From an uncultured Gammaproteobacteria bacterium (GTDB taxonomy: Bacteria > Patescibacteriota > Patescibacteriia > UBA9934 > GWF2-40-263), in contig CAYNRK010000001.1 in the NCBI GenBank assembly GCA_964399675.1, positions 137,221 to 201,220 on the forward strand: a stretch of DNA of 64,000 bases. The letters are read 5' to 3'. This document shows, piece after piece, positions 16,463-27,344 of the stretch; the first letter of the stretch is position 1; the number at the start of each line of letters is the position of its first letter. Under the pieces are notes generated by a model, which did not search any database, was not told the DNA's origin, and was given only the letters and a program-made list of their open reading frames with translations. The position numbers and the translations under genes were made by a program.

Positions 16463-17401
16463 ATGAACACTCAAAACGTAACCATAATCGGTTCTGGTCC
16501 GGCAGGGTATACTGCTGCCATTTATTGCGCGCGAGCTGAGCTTGCGCCGCTTTTGTTTGAAGGTCGTCAGCTTGGTGGTCAGCCAGGTGGCCAACTCATG
16601 CTTACAACAGAGGTTGAAAATTTTCCTGGGTTTCCAGATGGGCTAATGGGGCCTGAGATAATGGAAAAGTTTAAAAAGCAAGCTGAGCGATTTGGAACAA
16701 AAATTATCACAGACGATATTGTTGAGGTTGATTTTTCCGCACGTCCGTTTGTACTCAAAACCAGTGATCAAGAATTCAAGTCACAGACAGTGATAATCTG
16801 CACAGGGGCTCAAGCAATGTGGCTTGGTGTGCCTGGCGAAGAAAAGTATAAAGGGAATGGTGTTTCAGCTTGTGCCACTTGTGATGGATTCTTTTTTAAA
16901 GATAAACAGGTGGTTATTGTTGGTGGTGGTGATGCAGCGATGGAAGAGGCAAATTTTCTCACCAAGTTTGCAAGTAAGGTTACTGTAATGGTCAGACGCG
17001 ATGAACTTCGAGCTTCAAAGATTATGCAAAAGCGTGCAATGGACAACGAGAAGATTGAGTTTGTTTGGAACACAGAAGTACAAGAAGTTCTGGGTGATGA
17101 GCAAAAAATGACTGGCGTGAAACTACTTAACAACAAAACAAACGAAACTTCAGAGTTTTCAGCAGACGGACTTTTTGTAGCTATTGGTCACAAGCCAAAT
17201 ACGGACATTTTTAAAGGCCAGCTTGATCTGGATAAAAAAGGATATATAACAGTTGAACCTGGAACAACCAAAACCAGCATAGAAGGAGTATTTGCAGGAG
17301 GCGATGTGATCGATTATAAATATCGCCAAGCAATAACAGCCGCTGGAACCGGATGCATGGCAGCACTGGACGCAGAACGTTGGCTGAGTTCAAGGGGATA
17401 A
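16463..17401 (+). CDS. trxB: Thioredoxin reductase
   Basis: [33 protein letters not shown]. Confidence 0.97.
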   Translation: MNTQNVTIIGSGPAGYTAAIYCARAELAPLLFEGRQLGGQPGGQLMLTTEVENFPGFPDGLMGPEIMEKFKKQAERFGTKIITDDIVEVDFSARPFVLKTSDQEFKSQTVIICTGAQAMWLGVPGEEKYKGNGVSACATCDGFFFKDKQVVIVGGGDAAMEEANFLTKFASKVTVMVRRDELRASKIMQKRAMDNEKIEFVWNTEVQEVLGDEQKMTGVKLLNNKTNETSEFSADGLFVAIGHKPNTDIFKGQLDLDKKGYITVEPGTTKTSIEGVFAGGDVIDYKYRQAITAAGTGCMAALDAERWLSSRG

Positions 17402-17410
17402 TCCGAATAT

Positions 17411-17447
17411 TTCCCCCCTTTTCAAGGGGGGATTAAGGGGGGTTAGC
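17411..17447 (+). repeat. CCCCTTTTCAAGGGG..GGGGTTA palindromic element (family A), intergenic copy
   Basis: Copies also at 2019-2057 (-), 21049-21084, 44759-44794, 44908-44943 and 45632-45669. Confidence 0.85.
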
Positions 17448-17514
17448 ATAATTGCTAATTGACAAATAGCCCTAAACGGGCTATTTTTGGTTGTCATCCT
17501 AAAAGGAGAAATGG

Positions 17515-18189
17515 ATGAAGCTTTCAGTCCTTTTCATCATCTCGCTCATATCTGCGACCGGTTGCATTTCCATGCGGCCAATTCCTGATGACTCGCAGGT
17601 CTCTTACTACGAGCCAAGGGTCGAGCGCATATTCAAAAGGCTGAAGGCCGAGTTGCCGGCAAATAGTCCCCGAATGACCTATCAGATCTGGGACTCCTCG
17701 TCTGTTCCAGAAGGAAAAAGACTTTTCGAAGCTAATCTGGACACGAACACGGTCTACATACGTGTCTTGGTTCTCAGATCCTTTAGTGAAGATACTCTTG
17801 CCTTCGGGATCGCTCATGAGATAGGTCATCTTGTGGAACACGAACGCCGTCACTCTCAGATGAGGTTGGCTTGGATCGGTGGCTCAGGAGCGATCGGTGC
17901 TGCAGTGGGTTACGCAACGGTCTGGTGGGCAGGAGCAATCTCCGGAGGTGTGGCACTTTTGGTGATTGGTCCTCCTGTCTTACTCGGTATGTTGCGTTCA
18001 GGTGAAACCGATATTGATCGATTCGCAGTTCAGCTCACCAAACGAGCTGGATTCGATGCCACGCGCGCTGTTGAAGAATGGTGCGACCTTTTCGAAGCTC
18101 TTGAAGTTTCATCTGGCCAAACTCCAGTCACTCATCCGCCTGCGCAGAAGCGATGCCCTGACTTGCAAAGAGCTCTTCATCAACCTTAG
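17515..18189 (+). CDS. M48-family metalloprotease, probable lipoprotein
   Basis: AHEIGH, SGETDIDRFA, THPP motifs; signal peptide ending TGC; SD AAGGAG. Confidence 0.8.
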   Translation: MKLSVLFIISLISATGCISMRPIPDDSQVSYYEPRVERIFKRLKAELPANSPRMTYQIWDSSSVPEGKRLFEANLDTNTVYIRVLVLRSFSEDTLAFGIAHEIGHLVEHERRHSQMRLAWIGGSGAIGAAVGYATVWWAGAISGGVALLVIGPPVLLGMLRSGETDIDRFAVQLTKRAGFDATRAVEEWCDLFEALEVSSGQTPVTHPPAQKRCPDLQRALHQP

Positions 18190-18272
18190 CCCTTACGGGC
18201 TATTTCTTTTTGTAATTCTTGAGCTAAAGAAAATTCTCAAGTACCATGTGGGCATTACATTATCAAAATTGT

Positions 18273-19496
18273 ATGCCAAACCCATTTGAAAACGCTCTAA
18301 AGCAACTTGATCGCGCAACAGCAATTCAATCGTTTGATCAGGACTTTTTAGATAAATTGAAAAAACCAAATCAAGAAATTAGAAAAATTGTTCAACTAGA
18401 AATGAATGATGGTTCAAAAAGAGATATAGAGATTTATCGCGTTCAACACAACAACTCGCGCGGACCTTACAAAGGTGGAATTAGGTTTCATCAAGACACT
18501 GATATCGAAGAAGTCAAAGCTCTTGCGTTTTGGATGACTTTGAAAACCGCAGTAGCCAACATCCCAATGGGCGGAGGAAAAGGTGGGGCAACAATCAATC
18601 CAAAAGAATTATCAAAAGCAGAGCTTGAGAGATTGTCTCGCGCATGGATGCAAGCAATGGTCGAGCATGTTGGCCCTCAAAAAGATGTTCCAGCTCCGGA
18701 CGTAAATACAACTCCAGAAATTATGAAATGGATGGCAGACGAGTTTGAGAAAATTACAGGTGACTCAAGCGGTGCTGTGATTACAGGAAAGCCAATTGAA
18801 AATGGTGGATCAGAAGGTCGGGGAGTTGCAACAGCGCTTGGAGGGTTTTATGTTTTTGAAGCACTTAAAGATAAATTAAATCTTCCAGAACAATGTCGGG
18901 TTGTGATTCAAGGATTTGGAAATGCAGGTCAGTATGCTGCAAAGTTTTTTAAAGACGCAGGACACAAAGTGATTGCTGTTTCAGATTCTCGTGCTGCAAT
19001 TCATAACCCTGATGGACATCACGTTGATTCATTAATGGAACATAAAAGTTCAACCAGAGCAGTTACAGATTTTTCCGGCGCTAGTCAAATCGAACACGAT
19101 TCTTTGCTAGAGCTTGAGTGTGATGTTTTAATTCCTGCTTTTATTGAAAATCAGATTACAAAAGAAAATGCTGACCGTATTAATACAAAAGTTGTTCTTG
19201 AGCTTGCTAATGGTCCAATAACCCCAGAAGCTGATGACATTTTGTTTGCTAAAGGAATTCAGGTGATTCCTGACATTTTGGCAAACAGTGGGGGGGTGAC
19301 TGTTTCAACTTTTGAATGGGAGCAAAATGTAAAAGGTGAGCATTGGTCTGAAAAAGAAGTTCTGGATAAACTTAAAGAAAATATTCAACGCGAAGCTTTG
19401 AATATTTATAATCGCGCACAAGAGCTAAACACTGACATGCGTTGCGCAGCTTTTATTGTGGCTCTAGAGCGGCTTGAGCAAGCACAGCAAAACTGA
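18273..19496 (+). CDS. gdhA: Glu/Leu/Phe/Val dehydrogenase (glutamate dehydrogenase)
   Basis: RGPYKGGIRFH, GGGKGG, DVPAPDVNT, QGFGNAG. Confidence 0.93.
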   Translation: MPNPFENALKQLDRATAIQSFDQDFLDKLKKPNQEIRKIVQLEMNDGSKRDIEIYRVQHNNSRGPYKGGIRFHQDTDIEEVKALAFWMTLKTAVANIPMGGGKGGATINPKELSKAELERLSRAWMQAMVEHVGPQKDVPAPDVNTTPEIMKWMADEFEKITGDSSGAVITGKPIENGGSEGRGVATALGGFYVFEALKDKLNLPEQCRVVIQGFGNAGQYAAKFFKDAGHKVIAVSDSRAAIHNPDGHHVDSLMEHKSSTRAVTDFSGASQIEHDSLLELECDVLIPAFIENQITKENADRINTKVVLELANGPITPEADDILFAKGIQVIPDILANSGGVTVSTFEWEQNVKGEHWSEKEVLDKLKENIQREALNIYNRAQELNTDMRCAAFIVALERLEQAQQN

Positions 19497-19513
19497 TAAT
19501 ATCTCGATATTCT

Positions 19514-20344
19514 ATGCCAGAAACCCCAATTCCATTTGAGAAAAGTAGAGAAGTTGAAAAAAGAAGTCTTTCTTTTGCAACAATTGAAATGATGGGTTCT
19601 AAAACAACTCAGCAAGATGCACATAGAATTAGAGAAATTGAAATAGATGGACGGCCTGCTGTTATGGCAGTTGTGGCAGATGGTCATGGACCAGATGGTG
19701 ATTTTATTGCACAACGTACATGCGAAGTTTTAACAAGACAGGATCCTGAGTTTGTGGATCCGGAATTAATAAGACAACTCTTTGAAAAAGCAGCAACAGA
19801 ATTTCAAGATTCAGACAGCGGAACAACAGCCAGTATGGTTTTTGTCTCACAAGAAAAAGCTTTGATAGGATATGTGGGCGACAGCGAGGCCTGGCTTGCA
19901 AAAAAAGATGGCAGCTCTCAAACACTTACAACACCTCACAGATATGGTAGAAACCCTAAAGAAACAGAAAGATTAGATGATTCTGGTGCAAATATATGGG
20001 GTAGTTCTGAATTAGACGATGAAAGAAAAACAACAGGACGTATTCAAGTTGCAGGACGAACGCTTGCAGTCTCTCGGTCAATTGGAGATGTGTACTATTC
20101 AGAGTTTGTTGGTTCTGAGCCAGAAATTATTGAGCAAGATTTGTCTGATAATGATAAGTTCTTAATTGTTGCTTCTGATGGGTTTTGGTATTTTTTTGAA
20201 GACAGACGCGGACAAAAGATATTAAAAGAAGTGCTAGAGTCGTCAGAAAATGCTGAACAAGCAAAAGAAAAATTTACAGAATTATTAGAACAATGGGATC
20301 TTTTTGACAATGTAACAGTCATCGTCGTAGATGTATCAAAATAA
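19514..20344 (+). CDS. PP2C-family Ser/Thr phosphatase
   Basis: ADGHG, SGTT, VGDS, LAVSRSIGD, ASDG and DNVT motifs. Confidence 0.9.
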   Translation: MPETPIPFEKSREVEKRSLSFATIEMMGSKTTQQDAHRIREIEIDGRPAVMAVVADGHGPDGDFIAQRTCEVLTRQDPEFVDPELIRQLFEKAATEFQDSDSGTTASMVFVSQEKALIGYVGDSEAWLAKKDGSSQTLTTPHRYGRNPKETERLDDSGANIWGSSELDDERKTTGRIQVAGRTLAVSRSIGDVYYSEFVGSEPEIIEQDLSDNDKFLIVASDGFWYFFEDRRGQKILKEVLESSENAEQAKEKFTELLEQWDLFDNVTVIVVDVSK

Positions 20345-20346
20345 AT

Positions 20347-22827
20347 ATGCCATACAATCATTTAGAAATTGAAAAAAAGTGGCAAGATAAATGGGAAGAC
20401 TCAGGTCTCTTTCATGCCAAAGATAATTCAGACAAGCAAAAGTTTTACTGTTTGATTGAATTTCCATATCCATCAGGTGTTGGACTTCATATTGGTCATT
20501 TGCGCAGCAACACAGCAATGGACATAATTGCTCGCAAACGCCGAATGGAAGGATTTAATGTTTTGTATCCAATTGGTTGGGATGCGTTTGGACTTCCAAC
20601 AGAAAACTACGCAATCAAAACTGGTCGCAAACCACAAGATGTTACAAAAGAAAATGTTGCAACTTTTAAGCAACAACTCCAGTCAATTGGTTTTTCTTTT
20701 GATTGGTCTCGAGAAATCAACACAACTGATCCGGATTATTACAAATGGACGCAGTGGATGTTTTTGGAGTTTTACAAAGCCGGCTTGGCTTACAAAGACA
20801 AGGTACGAATTAATTGGTGTTTGTCTTGCAAGATTGGTTTGGCTAATGAGGAAGTGGTTGAAGGTAAGTGTGAGCGTTGTGGAGGGGAGATTGAAAAGCG
20901 CGACAAAGAGCAATGGATGATTGCAATTACAAAGTACGCTGATCGTTTGCTCGAAGATTTGGAAACCGTTGACTACTTGGACAAGATTAAAACTCAGCAA
21001 GTAAATTGGATTGGAAAAAGTGAGGGGGCTGTTGTGAAATTTGAAGTTCTCCCCCCTTTTCAAGGGGGGACAAAAGGGGGGTTATCAGTTGGCAAAGAGC
21101 TCGAAGTTTTCACAACTCGCCCCGATACTTTGTTCGGAGCAACCTACATGGTTCTCGCACCTGAGCACCCTTTAGTGGATCAGATTACAACCGATGAGCA
21201 ACGCGTAGCTGTTGAACAATACGTAAAAGAAGCAAAAGCGCAGACAGACATTGATCGACAAAATATTGAAAAAGAAAAGACGGGGATATTTACTGGTGCT
21301 TATGCAATTAATCCAGTTAACGAGGAGGAGATTCCAATTTGGGTAGCTGACTATGTGATGATGGGTTATGGAACAGGAGCCATCATGGCAGTTCCAGCTC
21401 ATGATGAAAGAGACTCTGAGTTTGCGAAGAAGTTCGGTCAAAAAGTTATAAAGGTTATTGCAGGCGAAACGATAGGAAAAGAAGTTTATACAGGAGACGG
21501 TAAACTTATCAATTCAAGTTTCCTTAACGGTTTATTGGTTTCGGAAGCTAAAGAAGCGATAATTGAATGGCTTGAGGAAAATGGAAAAGGAAAGCGTTCA
21601 ACAAGTTACAAACTCCGTGATTGGGTTTTTTCTCGTCAAAGATATTGGGGAGAACCTATACCTCTTGTTTTTTGTGAACAATGTGCAAAACAAGAGGTAA
21701 ATTCCAAATCACAAATCACAAATTCCAGAAATGCAGGATGGGTTCCAGTTGAGGATTTGCCAGTTGAGCTTCCTGAAGTTGAAAAGTATGAACCAACTGA
21801 TACAGGCGAATCACCACTTGCTGCAATTGAAGATTGGGTGAACACAACTTGTCCAAAATGTAAGGGTCCTGCAAAACGAGAAACAGACACAATGCCAAAT
21901 TGGGCTGGATCAAGCTGGTACTTTTTGGCTTACATTATGAAAGGCATTAGCGAGAATTACCAATTTTCAATAACCAAATACCAATCTCAATTGAAAAAAT
22001 GGATGCCGGTTGATTGGTACAACGGTGGAATGGAACACACGGTTCTTCATCTTTTATATTCTCGATTTTGGAATAAGTTTTTGTTTGACCAAGGTCATGT
22101 GCCAACCAGTGAACCTTATGCAAAACGCACAAGCCATGGATTAATTTTGGCAGAGGATGGATCAAAGATGTCAAAGTCAAAGGGCAATGTTGTAAATCCA
22201 GATGAGTTGGTAACTGAGTACGGCGCTGATGCTGTGCGACTCTATCAAATGTTCATGGGGCCATTTTCAGAGCCAGTGCCATGGAGTATGAACGGCTTGA
22301 TTGGAATGCGACGATTTTTGGAAAAAGCCACAAACCTTTCTGGTCTCGTTAAAGACACTGAATCCAAAGACGTTACAAAGTCTCTTCATCAAACAATTAG
22401 AAAAGTTACAAACGATATTGAAAAGATGCGGTTCAACACAGCTGTTTCGCAGATGATGATTTTTGTGAATCTTGTAAAAGAGCAGGGGAGTATTACAAAA
22501 GAAAGTCTTGTAACATTTTTGACAATCCTGTGTCCATTTGCGCCCCATCTTACAAACGAGCTTTATGAATCTTTGGGTGGAAAAGAATTTTTGGAAACAT
22601 TAAGTTGGCCAGAGTTTGACGAAAAGCTTGCAAAGGAAGAGTTGGTTGAAGTTGCTGTGCAGATAAATGGAAAAGTTCGAAGTTCAATTATGATCGCGCC
22701 AGAGGCTGATGAAGAAGCTGCAAAAGAATTAGCACTTGCAGACGAAAATGTTATTAAGCATCTGGACGGAAAAGAAATCAAAAAAGTAATTTACGTTCAG
22801 GGGAGAATTTTAAACCTTGTTGTCTAG
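20347..22827 (+). CDS. leuS: Leucine--tRNA ligase
   Basis: FPYPSG.GLHIGH, KMSKS; contains repeat-derived insertions. Confidence 0.97.
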   Translation: MPYNHLEIEKKWQDKWEDSGLFHAKDNSDKQKFYCLIEFPYPSGVGLHIGHLRSNTAMDIIARKRRMEGFNVLYPIGWDAFGLPTENYAIKTGRKPQDVTKENVATFKQQLQSIGFSFDWSREINTTDPDYYKWTQWMFLEFYKAGLAYKDKVRINWCLSCKIGLANEEVVEGKCERCGGEIEKRDKEQWMIAITKYADRLLEDLETVDYLDKIKTQQVNWIGKSEGAVVKFEVLPPFQGGTKGGLSVGKELEVFTTRPDTLFGATYMVLAPEHPLVDQITTDEQRVAVEQYVKEAKAQTDIDRQNIEKEKTGIFTGAYAINPVNEEEIPIWVADYVMMGYGTGAIMAVPAHDERDSEFAKKFGQKVIKVIAGETIGKEVYTGDGKLINSSFLNGLLVSEAKEAIIEWLEENGKGKRSTSYKLRDWVFSRQRYWGEPIPLVFCEQCAKQEVNSKSQITNSRNAGWVPVEDLPVELPEVEKYEPTDTGESPLAAIEDWVNTTCPKCKGPAKRETDTMPNWAGSSWYFLAYIMKGISENYQFSITKYQSQLKKWMPVDWYNGGMEHTVLHLLYSRFWNKFLFDQGHVPTSEPYAKRTSHGLILAEDGSKMSKSKGNVVNPDELVTEYGADAVRLYQMFMGPFSEPVPWSMNGLIGMRRFLEKATNLSGLVKDTESKDVTKSLHQTIRKVTNDIEKMRFNTAVSQMMIFVNLVKEQGSITKESLVTFLTILCPFAPHLTNELYESLGGKEFLETLSWPEFDEKLAKEELVEVAVQINGKVRSSIMIAPEADEEAAKELALADENVIKHLDGKEIKKVIYVQGRILNLVV

Positions 22828-22830
22828 CTG

Positions 22831-22907
22831 TGTCATCTCGACTAAGGCCAAAGGCCGCACGGAGAGATCTCGTATATTCGAGGTCTCTCGGTAAGCTCGA
22901 GATGACA
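22831..22907. repeat. Family C palindromic element
   Basis: tgtcatctcga...tcgagatgaca. Confidence 0.85.
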
Positions 22908-22913
22908 AAATAT

Positions 22914-23477
22914 ATGATTCCAGAGAATGCAAAAAAAGTTTTTGAGGGCGTGATATTTGATGTTTATCAATGGGAGCAAGAAATGTATGACGGAAGCTTT
23001 TCAACGTTTGAGATGCTAAAGCGACCTGGTACGGTTGAGATATTAGTTGTGACTGATAAAGGAAAAATCATGATTCAACATCAGCGGCAACCCGACAAAG
23101 ATGAGTCATTTTTGTGTCCAGTCGGTGGACGTGTAGATCCTGGAGAAGATCCTCTTACAGCGGCAAAAAGAGAAATGTTAGAAGAAACAGGATATGAAGC
23201 TGATGAATGGGAGCTATTGCATGAAGTAAATCCAATGAGTAAGATTGATTGGAAGATGTCAGTATTTATTGCTCGTAATATCAAGCAGGTGAGCGAGCAG
23301 CACTTGGACGCTGGCGAGAAGATTGATTTATTGGAAGTTGATTTTGATGAGTTTATTCAACTTGTTGATCAAGCTAAAATACGACGCATTGAACAGGATT
23401 TGCGAACCATGTGCGTTCGCGCTGTTTACGACAAAGATAAGTATCAAGAATTAAAGCAAAAAATATTTGGGGGCTAG
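22914..23477 (+). CDS. NUDIX hydrolase (ADP-ribose pyrophosphatase-like)
   Basis: Nudix box GGRVDPGEDPLTAAKREMLEETG. Confidence 0.9.
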   Translation: MIPENAKKVFEGVIFDVYQWEQEMYDGSFSTFEMLKRPGTVEILVVTDKGKIMIQHQRQPDKDESFLCPVGGRVDPGEDPLTAAKREMLEETGYEADEWELLHEVNPMSKIDWKMSVFIARNIKQVSEQHLDAGEKIDLLEVDFDEFIQLVDQAKIRRIEQDLRTMCVRAVYDKDKYQELKQKIFGG

Positions 23478-23519
23478 CAAAGCCCTCATTTAATTAAAAT
23501 GATATTCAAAACTAATTTG

Positions 23520-23603
23520 TGTCATTGCGAGGGAGCAAAGCGACCGAAGCAATCCTCGTATACGAAGATTGCCACGTCGGCCTGTGGGCCTCCTCGCAAT
23601 GAC
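23520..23603. repeat. Family C palindromic element (GTCATTGCGAG subtype)
   Basis: tgtcattgcgagg..cgaagcaatc..gattgc..cctcgcaatgac. Confidence 0.85.
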
Positions 23604-23614
23604 GCAAGAGTTGT

Positions 23615-24931
23615 ATGAACATTATAATGATCGGGACCGGATACGTCGGTCTAACAACCGGAGTAGGATTTGCCGAACTTGGGCACAAGGTCGCGTGCGT
23701 TGATATTGATCAGCAAAAAATTGCACAGCTTGATCTTGGTAAGTGTCCAATTTACGAACCCGGTCTTGAGGAGCTTCTCAAAAAAAATCAAGAGAATGGC
23801 AATATTGTTTTTACAACCAATTTGTCTTTGGTTATCGGCCAGGCAGAAGTTATCATCCTTGCGGTTCAAACTCCTCCAAAAGCAAATGGCGAATCCAATC
23901 TTGATTACATAATGAAAGCAGCAGAGCAGATTGGTGAACTCTTGGATCACGAAGCAATTGTTATTGTTAAAAGCACTGTGCCGGTTGGAACCAACAGAAA
24001 GATTATTGAGTGTATAAGAAAAGCACTTGAAGAAAATGGAAAAAGCGATCTCACAACAGTGGTGCAAATTGCTTCAGTTCCGGAATTTTTGCGCGAAGGG
24101 TGTGCAATGAAAGATTTTTTCAAATCAGATCGCGTGGTTATTGGAACTGATGACGAAATAGTATCTGCGATTGTGGAGCAAATGCACAGCGGAATTGAGG
24201 CTCCGGTTTTAAAAACAACACTAGAATCAGCTGAGCTCATTAAGTCAGCTTCAAATGCATTTTTGGCAACAAAGATTTCTTTCATTAATGAAATGGCAAA
24301 CATTGCAGAAATGTCTGGTGCTGATGTGCGTGAAATTGCAAAAGGAGTTGGTATGGATAGTCGAATCGGTTCAAAGTTTTTACAAGCTGGTATAGGTTAT
24401 GGCGGTTCTTGTTTTCCAAAAGATGTTTCAGCGCTTAAGGTTTTGGCAGGAGTGCGTGGATACGATTTTCATTTACTTAAAGCAGTTATTGAGGTTAACA
24501 ACAAACAAAGAGAACTTTTTTTTAAAAAGGTTCAAAAAGCCCTAAGCCCATTGAAAGGTCGTCGTATTGGTGTTTGGGGAATTACATTTAAACCAGACAC
24601 AGATGACATTCGTGATTCAGCATCAATGGATATTGTTAAGCAACTTATTGCACATGGGGCTGATGTTAGTGTTTATGATCCAAAAGGAATGGAGCATGCC
24701 AGACACGTGCTTCCGGATCACATCACCTTTGCCCCAACTCCGATTGATGCGGCAAATGGTGCGGATGCATTACTTGTTCTTACAGAATGGCCAGAGTTTA
24801 AAGACGTTTCTTTTCCAACACTTAAAGCTCGCATGATAGGCACTCAGATTTTTGATGGGCGTAACTGTCTTGCTGATTTGCATCTTGATCAATTCGGCTT
24901 TGAGTATTGTGGAGTTGGGTTGTGTACTTAA
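23615..24931 (+). CDS. ugd: UDP-glucose 6-dehydrogenase
   Basis: IGTGYVGL, PEFLREG, GYGGSCFPKD. Confidence 0.95.
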   Translation: MNIIMIGTGYVGLTTGVGFAELGHKVACVDIDQQKIAQLDLGKCPIYEPGLEELLKKNQENGNIVFTTNLSLVIGQAEVIILAVQTPPKANGESNLDYIMKAAEQIGELLDHEAIVIVKSTVPVGTNRKIIECIRKALEENGKSDLTTVVQIASVPEFLREGCAMKDFFKSDRVVIGTDDEIVSAIVEQMHSGIEAPVLKTTLESAELIKSASNAFLATKISFINEMANIAEMSGADVREIAKGVGMDSRIGSKFLQAGIGYGGSCFPKDVSALKVLAGVRGYDFHLLKAVIEVNNKQRELFFKKVQKALSPLKGRRIGVWGITFKPDTDDIRDSASMDIVKQLIAHGADVSVYDPKGMEHARHVLPDHITFAPTPIDAANGADALLVLTEWPEFKDVSFPTLKARMIGTQIFDGRNCLADLHLDQFGFEYCGVGLCT

Positions 24932-24933
24932 AC

Positions 24934-26406
24934 ATGATTGCCAACTCGCGATCCAAAACACTTGCCAGCATTCTGGCGGTTTTTTGTTTGGGGATTTTAA
25001 TTGGTCCTTTGTTTTTATTTGTACCGCAAGAAGTTTTCTTGATACTAATCATTTTGGGACTTTCAATTCTTTTTTTTAGATTTACTAAACCAACTCGTCT
25101 CATTATATTTATTTTGCTTGCTCTTTTGGTTGGGTTGTGGAGGTATGGGCAAAGTGAGATTCCTAAAAACATTTCAACTGTTCAGGATCATGTTGGTGTT
25201 GCAACACAAGTTTCAGGCACTGTCTCCTCAGAAGTGGAAAAACGTATTTCGTATCAACAATTGATTATTGATGATGTTTCTGTTGCCGGCTCTGTTTCTT
25301 ATGGAAAAGTATTGCTACGAGCACCACTTTATCCTGAGGTTTTTTATGGCAATAATGTTCAGTTTAATTGCAAACTTGAAAAACCGGAACCATTCAATGG
25401 ATTTGCTTATGACAAATTTTTGCAAACTAAAGGCGTGCTTGCTGTTTGTGCTTTTCCTCAATACTTAGACGTGATCTCAAACGAAAAGCCTTCCATGATC
25501 GGAATGTTGCTTTCTTTAAAACGTAATCTTGTTCATAGACTTCGAGAGCTTGTGCCCGAACCGCACGCTTCATTTTTATCAGGTCTTGTCTTTGGCGGAA
25601 GTTCATCATTGTCAAAAGACATTAAGGATGATTTTGCAAGAACCGGCACGTCTCATATTTTGGCAGCTTCAGGTTTTAATGTTTCACTTTTCTCGCTTAT
25701 ATTTCTTGGTTGGCTTTTAAGGAGTCCACTTGGAAGAAAAAAATCACTTGTGCTCACTGTTGGATTGTTGTTTGTATATTTGGTTTTAGCAGGAGCAACT
25801 CCAGCCGTGCTGCGTGCAACACTTATGGGGCTTTTGGTTTTGGCTTCGCAATGGGTAAAGCGAAAACCGTATTATCTTAATCTGATTCTTTTGACTGCTG
25901 CGTTCATGCTTTTTATCAACCCAAGGATTCTTCTTCATGACGTTGGGTTCCAACTATCATTTGCTGCAACCATTGCACTTATCACAATTCCACAAAAATG
26001 GGACAAAGCCTTTTCGTTTATTCCAAACAGGCTCAGGCTTAGAACGTCTTTTGTTGCATCTCTTGCCGCAATTGTTGTCACACTTCCAATTGTGCTATGG
26101 CATTTTGGAACCATCTCAGTAGTCGCACCGATTGTGAATCTTTTTGTGCTTCCGCTTGTGCCGTACGCAATGGCGATCGTGCTTGCAATGCTTGCTGTTA
26201 GTTTTGTTTCAGGCGCATTGGGATTGGTTATTAGCCTTGGAGCTTGGGCGTTCTCTTTTATCATGCTTTCAATTATTCACCTTTTCGGTCAGTTGAATTT
26301 TGCATTGGTTGAAGTTGAATACGCACAAATTTTAGGGAGCGTCATCGCAGTAATTATCGCCAGCTTTTTTCTCCGAAAACACTTATACAAAACTTCTCGA
26401 TCGTAA
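24934..26406 (+). CDS. comEC: ComEC/Rec2 competence protein (membrane part)
   Basis: GTSHILAASGFN, DVGFQLSFAAT; multiple TM segments. Confidence 0.9.
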   Translation: MIANSRSKTLASILAVFCLGILIGPLFLFVPQEVFLILIILGLSILFFRFTKPTRLIIFILLALLVGLWRYGQSEIPKNISTVQDHVGVATQVSGTVSSEVEKRISYQQLIIDDVSVAGSVSYGKVLLRAPLYPEVFYGNNVQFNCKLEKPEPFNGFAYDKFLQTKGVLAVCAFPQYLDVISNEKPSMIGMLLSLKRNLVHRLRELVPEPHASFLSGLVFGGSSSLSKDIKDDFARTGTSHILAASGFNVSLFSLIFLGWLLRSPLGRKKSLVLTVGLLFVYLVLAGATPAVLRATLMGLLVLASQWVKRKPYYLNLILLTAAFMLFINPRILLHDVGFQLSFAATIALITIPQKWDKAFSFIPNRLRLRTSFVASLAAIVVTLPIVLWHFGTISVVAPIVNLFVLPLVPYAMAIVLAMLAVSFVSGALGLVISLGAWAFSFIMLSIIHLFGQLNFALVEVEYAQILGSVIAVIIASFFLRKHLYKTSRS

Positions 26407-26423
26407 ACAAAATTATAAGAGTT

Positions 26424-27305
26424 ATGATGCAAGTTAGGGTTAAACCAAAAAGGTCACAAATAAAATTTGAGTTTATTTTTATTGGCTTAGTTTGTTTTTT
26501 TACAATTGGTTTGTTTGTTTTTAAAACCTTGCCAACTCATGGCGAATTTCGTGTTTGGTTTTTTGATGTGGGCCAAGGTGATGCAACGCTTCTCATCAGT
26601 CCAAAAGGCGAGCGGCTTCTTATTGATGGTGGACCAGATCAATCTGTGTTGAGCAAGCTTGGTACGATTCTTCCTCCTTGGGATCGTCGTATTGATGCCG
26701 TTCTTTTGACACACCCTGATGCAGATCACATGCTTGGGCTCATCTCTGTTTTGGAATTTTATGATGTGCAACAAGTTTATGTTTCCGGAGAGGAAGCGCA
26801 GAATGCTTTTTTTAAGGCTTGGAGTAAGAGGCTTCAAGAGGAGCAGGCAACAGTGATTAAATTAAAGCAGGGAGAGGAGTTTAAGTTTGGTGGTTTGGAT
26901 GTTCATGTTCTTTGGCCAAGAGCTGACAGAGAGGATTTCAGTCGTAACAACCAGTCGATTGTTTTGGATGTTCATTATGGTGATACGTCCATTCTTTTGA
27001 CAGGAGATCTTGAAGAAGAAGGTGAAACAGAACTCTTGGCAATTGTTAAGCCAATTGATGTGCTCAAGGCCGGACATCATGGCAGTCTTTCTTCCTCCTC
27101 TTATGCTTTTGTTCAAAAAACAAAATCTGATTTCTCGATTATCTCAGCCGGTCTGGATAATCGTTATGGTCATCCTCACCCAACAGTTCTTGAGCGTTTA
27201 AAAGATGTTGGCAGTCGCATTTTTCGAACAGATCTGGATGGTGACATTTTGCTTTCCAGTTTTGGGGGCGAACCAGTTGTTAAGGAAAAACCCTTGCCAT
27301 TTTGA
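26424..27305 (+). CDS. ComEC-associated metallo-beta-lactamase domain protein
   Basis: DVGQGDA, THPDADH, LTGD, GHHGS, NRYGHP. Confidence 0.9.
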   Translation: MMQVRVKPKRSQIKFEFIFIGLVCFFTIGLFVFKTLPTHGEFRVWFFDVGQGDATLLISPKGERLLIDGGPDQSVLSKLGTILPPWDRRIDAVLLTHPDADHMLGLISVLEFYDVQQVYVSGEEAQNAFFKAWSKRLQEEQATVIKLKQGEEFKFGGLDVHVLWPRADREDFSRNNQSIVLDVHYGDTSILLTGDLEEEGETELLAIVKPIDVLKAGHHGSLSSSSYAFVQKTKSDFSIISAGLDNRYGHPHPTVLERLKDVGSRIFRTDLDGDILLSSFGGEPVVKEKPLPF

Positions 27306-27344
27306 TTGTTTAATGTTAGCCTTTCGCTATTAACGAACAAATTT

